Both the position numbers and the translations under genes were made by a program. From Candidatus Omnitrophota bacterium (lineage in GTDB: Bacteria > Omnitrophota > Gorgyraeia > 2-01-FULL-45-10), in the NCBI GenBank assembly GCA_026387155.1, contig JAPLMF010000026.1:1-43115 (forward strand): a stretch of DNA of 43,115 nt, in the 5' to 3' direction. Below, piece by piece: positions 9,417-19,100 of the stretch. Below the pieces are notes generated by a model. That model did not search any database. It was not told where the DNA came from and worked only from the letters and a program-made list of their open reading frames with translations. Numbering within the stretch: the first letter of the stretch is position 1; every line of letters starts with the position of its first letter.

Positions 9417-9855
9417 GCTCTTTAAGTTGCCTGAAGGATAGTAGGCTGTCGTTGCGAAGAGATTGCCTGCCTTATCCAGCTCTGCCTTGCCGGCCTCTGT
9501 CCTGGTCTCGCCTGTATATTGAGGAGCTATTGTCCAGAGAATCGGAAGTAGCGTATGTCACGCTCTTTAAGTTGCCTGAAGGATAGTAGGCTGTCGTTGC
9601 GAAGAGATTGCCTGCCTTATCCAGCTCTGCCTTGCCGGCCTCTGTCCTGGTCTCGCCTGTATATTGAGGAACCTCGGAGTTCCCGTTGACCTTAATCGTC
9701 TTTGTGACTCGGCCGTACGGGTGCGCCAGGGGCTTGCCGTCTTTTACATCTACAGTAATGAGGGCTGTTTCATCGTACTCATATCCCTTGTTGCTATTGT
9801 CCAGAGAATCGGAAGTAGCGTATGTCACGCTCTTTAAGTTGCCTGAAGGATAGTA
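9396..9855 (-). repeat. Coding tandem repeat with a 267-nt (89-aa) YD/RHS-like module, partly collapsed
   Basis: 9396-9525 and 9541-9670 are identical (130 nt, offset 145). 9526-9588 and 9793-9855 are identical (63 nt, offset 267). One unit encodes YYPSGNLKSVTYATSDSLDNSNKGYEYDETALITVDVKDGKPLAHPYGRVTKTIKVNGNSEVPQYTGETRTEAGKAELDKAGNLFATTA. A more diverged third unit follows at about 9130-9395. Confidence 0.9.
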
Positions 9856-9909
9856 TGGAAGCTTCATTCTTGGTATCGCCGCGGTAGGCTGTGATCTCGA
9901 TATCCCCAT
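9472..9909 (-). pseudogene. Out-of-frame fragment of the YD-like repeat region, not an independent gene
   Basis: This 145-aa ORF consists only of repeat units (YYPSGNLKSVTYATSD appears twice). It goes out of frame at the 9525/9526 junction, where a 122-nt sub-block of the unit is missing. Its N-terminal 18 residues are the alternative frame of the preceding ORF. Confidence 0.7.
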
Positions 9910-12865
9910 TCCCGTAATCTACGATCTTCTTGTTATTCCGGCGGTCCATCGTGATGGTGGTGCCGTCGGCGTAATATATAGTTTTCCACATGGCATTCCC
10001 GGCGACCGTCTCATATTCGATCAGCACTGCTCCACCGTGCTTTATGGCAAACTCATTTCCGGCGGGCTTCTCCGGAATAGTACACTCTTTAGCGATAAGC
10101 CCCTCGAGCGCCTTACCGCTTGAATACATATATCCTTTCGCCGTCTCTTTTCCGGCTGCATTGCGCGATAAGAATGGTGTGCGCCAAACTCCTTTAAGCT
10201 CTATCTTTTTTCCGTTCGGCAGAGTAATGGTATAGTTGCCCATTACCGCTCGGTTCAAGGTCGTATCATCAACCAAAACGCCGGAACTATTGTAAGTCTT
10301 CTCCCGTATTGTACCGTTGGCGGCGGGCTTGCCGCGGACGGTCCGCGTTTCGGAAAGCCTAGCCTTCATATTGGCCCTGACATCGGCAAGACAATTTTCT
10401 ACAGCTGCCAGGGCTTCAGGCCCAAGCTGCCCGGCGCTGATACGTGTCCTGACCTGGATAAGCATTTCCTGTAGTAAGGCCTCGGAGCGAGACCATTCGC
10501 CTTTTTCATTATAGCCTTGTATGATGGCTATCCAGTCTTCAGCAGGGGCGCCCTTTACGCTCTCCGCGGCCTCTCCAGCAGCGGCAATGAGTGGAGTAAT
10601 GAATATGCCACCAAGAAGATTTTTCAATTTTTCAAGGCCTTCGTTCAGTTTTTCTGGAGCGACCGGCGGCGGAACAAAATTCCTGGACTCTATTAAGTTC
10701 CAATTGTTATTCGGCAGATCCTGGCTGTCAAATATGAGCAGCTTGTATTCGCCCTTCATCACGCCTTCTCTGGAGGTCTCCTTAAAAGTCCCTAATACCG
10801 TCCTGTACATATCTGTGCCGACTGGCAGATCCTTAAGCGAATTGACTTTAGCGACTATCTTATCGAGGGCTTCGAGCTCCGTCTTAACCGCTTCCGCGGT
10901 TAGCGGTGTCTTGGCCGCGACGGCTTTCGCCCTCGCTCTATCAACGGCTACTGTAACGAATTTTAGCGTCTTATCTATGGGCCTGGCTTCCTTATCGCGC
11001 CTCTCGATATAATTGGGTATCCACTTTTCCAGATAGCTTGCTATGGCTTTTCTCTCGGCATCATTAAATCTCGTATCGGAAGATATGCCCTCGCTCATAT
11101 TCTTGAGGAACTTAAGGTATTTATCTTCAGGTTCTATGCCCGGTATATTGCCGGCGGTCCGCACCAACGGCGCTACGGTTTCACCAAACAGCTTATCCAC
11201 CTCTGCAGCCTCCATATCGGAAAGATGCAGGACCGCATATGTCCAAGGACCTGCCAGCGTATTCCTGTCCATGACATTGGACGGATTTGTGGAAAAAGTC
11301 CTTCCGAGCATCTTCTCGACAAAACGTCTGGCCCACGCCATACCGTTGTCCCAGAAGTTCTTATCTTTATTTATCAGACCATATTCGTCTACCAGGGATT
11401 CCACGCCTTTAAGGTACCCCATATCGCCTCTTTTATAAGCCGCAAGTATTGCGGAGGCGGCACTGGAGGCGAGTTTGCCGGCCTGAGCCACGGAGGCCCA
11501 GCCATTTCTCACCATGTATTCGTTGTAAGCCTCAAGGAAATCGAGGAAACCTAATGACGAAGCGTAGCCGGGATCGTTCTGAGAATAGCCGAACCACATG
11601 CGGCCGAAAAGCTCCGGCACCTTCTTGCCCTTCATCTCACCGGCTCTCTTCGTCATCCGGTCTATGTGGCTTATCAGATCCTTTGCGTTGTAGCCCCTGA
11701 TATTCTTCTGACTGAGATATACGAAGAACCCTATGCGCCCGTCTCTTGTAGCCGGCGCCTTGACCTTCATTGCGCTATATAGCTTTCGGGCAGAGGAGTC
11801 TATCCTCTGTTTCTCTTTTTCGCTGAATCGTGCAGCCTGGATGGACCAGCCTACAAGGCTTACATCCTTAGCCTTAAGCTCCTCGTTAGATACCGGCCTG
11901 GCAACTGCGGCTTCCGGCACTGCTGCATTTTCCGATACCGGTCTTTCCGATAACTTGCCGAGTTTCTCTTGTATATTTACGCCGATCGCTTTCAGGGTAA
12001 GGAGCCCTGTAAATAGCATGGTGTTCAGATCTTTTTTTCCCTGTATACTGCTTACCCTGGCTAAGTATCTCTGTTGGGCCGCGCGCAATACTTGAAGGCC
12101 TCCTGTCTCGTTCCTCCCCCACCGATCATCATAAAGTTCTTTATAGGATGAGTTCCAATTTTTGTATGAAGTATTCGAATCCTGTACGGCTTTCGCAGCT
12201 GCGGGTATACCATCCCCGAATAACTCACCGATCCAGTTCGCGCGGGTGAGCTTTTTACCTTCAGCCTCAAGCTTCTTCTGGGCCGCGCGCATCCTGGAGC
12301 CCATCCTGTCGAATTTCATACTCGAATTCCAACCTATTCCGAGGCTGGCGAAGAAGTTTCCGTCAATTTCGCGGTTCGAAAACGCCTCGCCGAATTTGCC
12401 GTTAGAAAGTAGCTGTCCTAGAAGGCTGAGCTTGAAATCGTCCAGCTTCTCCGTCTTCTCATCTATGAGAGATTCCATGACCTCCGGCCACTTTTCCTTT
12501 GCCTCTTTGGCGGCCTGGGATATAACGGCTTCCCAGAGCATAGCGGCCTGTTCCGGATGTTCCTGAAAAAGTAAGTCGAAATCTATCTTCTCTTCAGGAT
12601 TTTCGGGCGATACGGATTTCGATAGTTTTATATACCCCTGCTTTATAAGGCGGCTTAAACCGGCGCATCCCGACCTTTCCAACTTTTTTATATATAATTC
12701 TATCGCCTTTATGCTCTCTTTTACCTTTTCTATTTCGTCGCGGCACTCTTTTATATCGTTCTTCGCTGAAGGATTCCCGGTGAGCAGTTTATTGGCGACC
12801 AATCCGGGCATTATGCGGTTTAAATCATCAAGATAATCGTTCGCGGCGGTAAGCTCCTGCCTCAA
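9794..12865 (-). CDS. Giant-locus segment 3. A mostly helical protein of unknown function with YD-like repeats at its C-terminus. The coding frame actually extends upstream to 13140 and beyond.
   Basis: A 1,023-aa ORF from a TTG start. The same frame is open for 101 further sense codons upstream (to 13168) with no ATG, GTG or TTG. That stretch reads as normal protein (YGKDGWLTAAEANRTTLQNTKTDLEEKIARYQGISDRRLFKVFDWNVYWAVSF...). The C-terminus (TIYYADGTTITMDRRNNKKIVDYGNGDIEITAYRGDTKNEAS) leads into the repeat array. Confidence 0.75.
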   Translation of the reverse strand: MRQELTAANDYLDDLNRIMPGLVANKLLTGNPSAKNDIKECRDEIEKVKESIKAIELYIKKLERSGCAGLSRLIKQGYIKLSKSVSPENPEEKIDFDLLFQEHPEQAAMLWEAVISQAAKEAKEKWPEVMESLIDEKTEKLDDFKLSLLGQLLSNGKFGEAFSNREIDGNFFASLGIGWNSSMKFDRMGSRMRAAQKKLEAEGKKLTRANWIGELFGDGIPAAAKAVQDSNTSYKNWNSSYKELYDDRWGRNETGGLQVLRAAQQRYLARVSSIQGKKDLNTMLFTGLLTLKAIGVNIQEKLGKLSERPVSENAAVPEAAVARPVSNEELKAKDVSLVGWSIQAARFSEKEKQRIDSSARKLYSAMKVKAPATRDGRIGFFVYLSQKNIRGYNAKDLISHIDRMTKRAGEMKGKKVPELFGRMWFGYSQNDPGYASSLGFLDFLEAYNEYMVRNGWASVAQAGKLASSAASAILAAYKRGDMGYLKGVESLVDEYGLINKDKNFWDNGMAWARRFVEKMLGRTFSTNPSNVMDRNTLAGPWTYAVLHLSDMEAAEVDKLFGETVAPLVRTAGNIPGIEPEDKYLKFLKNMSEGISSDTRFNDAERKAIASYLEKWIPNYIERRDKEARPIDKTLKFVTVAVDRARAKAVAAKTPLTAEAVKTELEALDKIVAKVNSLKDLPVGTDMYRTVLGTFKETSREGVMKGEYKLLIFDSQDLPNNNWNLIESRNFVPPPVAPEKLNEGLEKLKNLLGGIFITPLIAAAGEAAESVKGAPAEDWIAIIQGYNEKGEWSRSEALLQEMLIQVRTRISAGQLGPEALAAVENCLADVRANMKARLSETRTVRGKPAANGTIREKTYNSSGVLVDDTTLNRAVMGNYTITLPNGKKIELKGVWRTPFLSRNAAGKETAKGYMYSSGKALEGLIAKECTIPEKPAGNEFAIKHGGAVLIEYETVAGNAMWKTIYYADGTTITMDRRNNKKIVDYGNGDIEITAYRGDTKNEASILSFRQLKERDIRYFRFSGQ

Positions 12866-13140
12866 ACTAACTAAGCTATGGAATTCAGATATCGCGCCGG
12901 CGAGCTTGGAAATGTCTCCGTATTTCCTGGCGGCTTTAGACTTGTCTGCCTCCAGACCCTTCTTTATTATCTCCGGTATGTCGAAAGAGACGGCCCAATA
13001 AACGTTCCAGTCAAAAACTTTAAATAGGCGTCTGTCACTTATACCTTGATACCTGGCTATCTTCTCTTCAAGGTCCGTTTTTGTATTCTGAAGCGTCGTT
13101 CTATTAGCTTCTGCCGCGGTAAGCCAGCCATCTTTACCAT

Positions 13141-13154
13141 AGAACTTAGAACTT
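13141..13154 (-). repeat. Perfect 7-nt tandem duplication (AGAACTT x2 on plus, AAGTTCT x2 on the coding strand) that creates the stop of the 2,701-aa ORF
   Basis: The coding strand reads ...TTG TCC AAG TTC TAA GTT CTA TGG. With one copy removed it reads ...TTG TCC AAG TTC TAT GGT AAA GAT GGC TGG..., which is exactly the frame of ORF 9794..12865. Confidence 0.9.
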
Positions 13155-16100
13155 GGACAATGTGTCGTTCATATTTTTAGACTCGTCCCCAAGCCTTGCT
13201 ACCTCGGCGCCCTGTTTTCCAATCTCCGCGTTTTGTGTTGATAGGTCCGCTATATTTGCGTCGAGTGAAGCGGAATCATTAGCCATCGCTTGGCCATCTA
13301 CAATTACTCCTCCCGTATCGGAGTCGAAGATCCAATAGTTAAATTGGTCCGAAAGTCTATTTGTAAGAGAAGCGATATTCGCGCGGTCTTGCGCGGCTTG
13401 AGCGTTCGCCTGTGCCATGTATGCATTGGCATTGGCTACATACCCGGGTATCGCCCCGATAGCAGCCTTTGTCCTATCGTAATCGGAGTGGAGCTGGGCA
13501 AGATCGGCGGCATTTATATTTATATACACCTCAGTATCCGAAAGAGCGCGTTTTGCATCATCGAGCGTCTTTGATACGATGCTCGGGAAATCTTTGGAGA
13601 TGCTCCCTCCTATATCCACAAACTGAAATACCGCTGCGGCTCTGGACAAAAATTCATTGAAAGCGGCACGCCTGTCCGCCATCGCTTTCCCCCGGCTGGT
13701 TATTTCATCGGCAAGACTCCTGTAGTCTTTAGCCCTATTCGTTACTGCTATCTTACCGGAATCGACTTTACCGGGCGCGCCCGGTCCGTCCACCCTGCAA
13801 AGCTCGACCGTCCTATAGACAAGATTCTCTTCCTCCGCCCGAACCTTGTCCTTTGCGCCGTCAAGCGCTATCTTAAGATCATCTGTTATATTCGGATTGG
13901 CGTCCTCCATGTCCCCGGCCTCAAGCTTGCCGCTGGCTACGTTCTCCAGGCGATGATCAAGATCTCTCTGGACGCCCGCCATTTTATCAACTGCGAAAGA
14001 GAATTCCTTCTGCGCATATTTGTACTTGTTTCTGGCATCCGTCACCGCTTCTTCCGACCTTCTATCCCACGTATTCAGACTTAAAGTGGCGGTATCTACA
14101 ACGCCTCCGGCTTCCGATACCTCCGCAACCCTGCCGATGATGCTTTTTATTATATTGTCCCAACCTAAACTCACCGTGCTAAACGGTTCACTGACAGTCT
14201 CTGTGGTCACCGTGCCGGACGTGGTCCTGACTTCTTCCTGAAGTGCCCGGCCCGTTGCCGGATTTATCACAGATTGATTCGCCGAATATGTCGTACCGCC
14301 TACGGTTTTAGCGGTTGTCGGCAGCCAGTCCTTTGTAACTTTTTGGGTCTTATCCGCGGTCGTATAGGAGCCGGATACATTTACCGCAACATCTCCCCAT
14401 TTAATCATCGATCGGGCTAGTTCCGCGCGGTCCTTTAATATCTGAAGCCTGGTTTTTTCCGAATCGTGCGGGTCTGGATTCGCCCCTATATATTTGGGAT
14501 TTGCCAGTATAACCGTCGGATTAAAACTCTCGTCCTTTATGCCGTCCAGCCTCTGGACCAATATCGTCTCGAGCTCGCTCTTTACGTCACTAAGCCTCTT
14601 CTTCTGGTTAGTAAGCTCCTCTTCTGCTTTGGCAAGTTCCTGTCCTGCGCCTATAACTGCCGGACTGCGCACCGCATCCGGCTCTTTTGACAGATCTCTG
14701 CCGGCGGCTCGCGTCTCCACTTCGACGGCGCGGGCCATCTTGGCTTTAACATCGAGTACCTTGGCCTCGGCATTGGTAACCGCTTTCTTGGCGGAAATAT
14801 ATCCGGCGGACTTATTCAGGATGTCGTAAACCAGATCTCGCTTATCCTTATCCGCGGCAGCTCGGTTTGCCTCCGCAGACTTCCTGTAGAATTTGCCGGG
14901 TATGCCGATCGCGCGCCCGACCCGGATCGCCGGGGCCATACTGACCAATGTTGTCAACATGTTTTTACGCGGCTCGCTCCACTTGTCAAATCCTACCTGA
15001 TCGGTAAACTCTTTGCTATTAAGCGATCCTTTTATATTTATCGATCTGTCATCCATCCCTATGATGAACCGCGAGCAGAAAGTATCGTAGGCTTTAGCCA
15101 TCTCATCGTCGAACTGCGCTTCCCGTAATAAAGCTTTTATGTTAGGATTATTTTCTATCGCGGCATCTATGGCTTCTTCGATAGTAATATTGCCCAGACT
15201 CGGTCTGGTTTTCTCGGCAGGCTTCTCCTCCTTGCCGAACTCTACCTTAAGGCGCGCGTCTATGTTATTCAATAGTTCTTCGGCATCCATAAGTTTTGCC
15301 CTTGCGTAAAGGATCTCGATGGAGACCTTGCCGTAGTCGAGCGCGTTCCACGACATGCCCTGTTTTTGCTTAAGATCGTAATTATGTCTCTCCAACTCGA
15401 ACGAGGCGAGGCTCTCCTTGAGCTTCTGTATAAGGTCAGCAACGTCGGTCCTTGCCGTCTTAAGGCTATTCCGATCCACCCCGGCCTGATTCAGGGCATA
15501 TTCCGCAAATATCTCCTTGGTCCTCTTAAGGACGCTTTCATCTACTATCGAAAGATCTTTTGCTCCTCTCCACTGGACTTTTAGTGTAATGAAGTGGGTC
15601 CAGAACGCCGTATTCGAAAGAGCCAGCCCTGTGGGCGCTTCGGTCCCGATGCCCAATGTCATGCTTTTCGGAGTGACCGTCTTCCAAAAACCCATATTCT
15701 CCTTCTGTATATCATATCTCACCTTCGCCCATTGCTCGGCGGCTTTCGCTTTGGCCAGATCGGCGGGTATACCGGCATCCACTCCATACTCCTCGCAAGT
15801 ACGCAAGACGCTGTCTATTTTTATATTCTTCGTAAAATCGAACGGTTTCCTGGTATCCTCAAGACCCAGTAACGGCCTGATCTCGGATTCTATACTCGAT
15901 AGGCGCACTTTTGCGTGAGATATTTGGGATTTAAGACCATCTATGTAACCTTCTATGCCGGCCTTCTCACCTGGCTCGAGATCGGGCCTTGAAGCTACCA
16001 CCTCAAGTTCCTTTATCATATTCTCCGTCAGTTTTATCGCCTCGGTTATCGAATAACCTTCATTCCACAGGCCGTAAAGCTTCATGATGCCGGAGACTAT

Positions 16101-19100
16101 CTTGTCGTATCTGTCGGCTTCACTATTGGGCGCGTTCGCCTCGAGCTCCTTGAGTAGGTCTTTAACTTCAGTATTGAATAGCTCTACCGATATCTGAGCC
16201 CCAAGTTTGTAGGTTTCCTTGGTAAAATCACTATTCCATGTTCCGGTGATGCCTATCCAGGCCCCGAGCCGCCCGTACCAGTGCTGTCTCCCGTATTGTT
16301 TCAGCCACGGGGTGGCTATATCATTAAGCATCTTAAGGAGCGACGCCTTGCTGGCATCGGATGTCATGAATAGGTCTATTGCGGCTTCAGATATGCTCTT
16401 ATCGCCTCTCGCTACGGATCCCAGGACCGCCAGCCTCTTCGCGTCGAGATCAATGCCCGCCTCTTTCAGTATAGTAGCCACCTTCTCCGGCCGTCTGCCA
16501 TGAGCAGCTATCAAGCCGTGAGTGTACATCGTAGCTTTTATATAATCCTTCTTGGCTATATACTTCTTTATGATTTTAAAAGCGAACTTTTCGGCGTTGA
16601 TTCGTTCATCTGAATCGGCTGCTTTGGCTATAACCGGCAATATGGTTTCAAGCGCCGCAGCATAATTCTCATCGTCGTATAGTGTCTTCGCCCGCGTTAA
16701 GGCATCGGCCATTGAAAATCCGGAAACATCAAGCGCAGATACTTTTATATCATCTATTGTGAACATGGCGCGGGTGAGATTTTCGGTATCACGGCTCTTT
16801 GCATATTCGAGCGCACCCTTAAGCGCTTTAATATCGTCAGGATTCACCGTACCGTTAAGTCTGTCGATACTACTTGCCACAAACCTGTAGGCCCTGCCCC
16901 TGAATAGCGCATCGTTCATATTACCGGTGGTTTCGGCGTGTATCACCGGCAAGAGATTCTTTACTACGCCGAGGTAGTCACCTTTATGGGCAAGTTCCTT
17001 TGCGCCGTCATAAGTTTTCCTGCCGTCCCTTGAATTATATAAAGCCGGATCGAGAGAGACTTTTATGAGCGCCAGACGCTTACTGGCAGACCTCTCTTCG
17101 GCGGCCTTTTCGGCTGCGGCCTTCTGCTCTTCAGCGGCTTTCTTTTCTGCGACAGCTTTTTCGGCTGCGGCTTTCTGCTCGGCAGCCTTGCGCGTTTCCT
17201 CGGCTGCTATTTCGGCTGCGGCTTTCTTTTCTGCAGCGATCCTCTTTCTTTCAACGGCTTTCTTCTTTGCGGCAGCTTTCTTTTCTGCAAGGGCTTTCTT
17301 ATCTGCGATGGCTTTCTGCTCGGCAGCTTTACGTGCTTCCTCTGCGGCCTTCTGCGCTTCAAGTGTTACAGAAGCGGTAACGGACGGAGCAGCGGGGGGA
17401 ACTGCAGGTGCCTGTACTACCGGCGGAACCGTTAATGCGGGAGCCATGACTGTGGATGGCTGTGCGACAGAAGGTGCCGGAGCGGCCGCTAATGGAGCAG
17501 CCGGTTTCTCTTCCTTAGGAGGTGGAGGCGTCCCGCCGCCAGGCCCCGGACCGGGTCCGGCTAAGCCGGGTCCGATTCCGGCGCCGACAGGCTTTTCCAC
17601 CTTAGCGGCTTCTTCGGCAGCCTTCTTCTCGGCTGCGGCCTTCTGTTCTTCAGCGGCTTTCTTTTCTGCATCCTTGCGCGCTTTAGCTTCCGTATTTATG
17701 GTAGCAAGCAACTGGCCGGGTAATTTTTGAGCAACTATCAATGCCCTGTCAACCTGTTCGGGGGTTTTGGCTGCCTTTATGAGTCCGCTTGCTATATCTC
17801 TGGTATTTATATTCTCAAGATCCGATGGAGGCGCGCGGCTCTCGGGCGTTACTGCTTCCGGAGCCTTTGGCACCGCAGATCGTTTTATTGTTATACCGAA
17901 TATCTTATCGAGATTCGCGATGAGCTGATCCTCGGTCTGTGCCTTATACATGCTCTGCTCAGGTGCTACGACACGATTGACTTCGGCGCCCATGCCTATC
18001 GATGGAACCGCACCGGCTATTATAGCGGAAGCCATTAGGCCTTTTACCATTTTCTTTGATTCGGTCGCGGCAAGACGTTCGAACACTCCCGTAGGCTTCT
18101 CGCCTCGCGCCATACGAGCCATTACACTCTTGCGATAGGCTAATAATTTATTGCCGAGGATGGCTATCAAGGTCACTGAGGAAACGGTTAACGTTAGCGC
18201 CGCTATTGAAAATCCTCCAACCATCATGTATATACCGCCTACGACGGCACCGGCCGCGCCGAATCCTACTATCATGCCTCTGAGATTAGGCGCGGTGAGT
18301 TCAAATATCTCGCGGATGAACTGCGCGCGCGTCGTGGTCTTTCCAAGGGCTTCGCTTTCTACCGCGGCAAATCTTCTGGCCATGTAAGGCGCGGCTATCA
18401 CATATAATACGGTCGTCGCAAGAACTATCATTGAGCCCATCGTTGTGAAAGCGGTGAATGCTCCGCCGACTGAACCCGCGCCCTTAGCTACGATAAGAAG
18501 GACTGTGAGGAGTAGCGGCATCGCGGCTACACCGGCTATCTTCGCTTTTATCGCGGGACGCGAGCGCTCAAGGGCCTTTCCTTCCGGCGTTTGGGCGTAC
18601 ATCCTGGAAAACGCTGTCCTTGCCCACATGCCGGCAAGCGCTATCGCGCCCACGCCTGCTGCGAATCCGGCAGTACTGCCGGAAAGGAGGGCTAAAAGGA
18701 TCGTTCCTGTCACCGCAGCCAGACTGAAACCGAGGTAACTCATTGCGCGCTGGAAACCGGTCCTCTGGACCGTCACAGCGAGAGATATCTTTTTGTGGAA
18801 TATGATCGAGATGGCCGCTCCCGCTAAGATCCCTATCGCCGCCATAGCAAGCGCCGCAATGACCACAACCGGCGCGGCCTGCGGAAACATTATCGTAGAT
18901 GCGAGCGCAAGGAGTGATCCTATCGGCATCGTGCCGCTCAATAGCTGCAGTATGGATACAGGGATCGCTCCCACAGCCCCCGCCAACTCGCGCGAACTGG
19001 CTACGCCGCGCAGCGCAAGAGCGAGATTCTGCTGTCCTCTATAAACTTGGGAGAACTTCTTTACTTTCACTAAATAGATAGCGAGTCCTATTATAACGAG

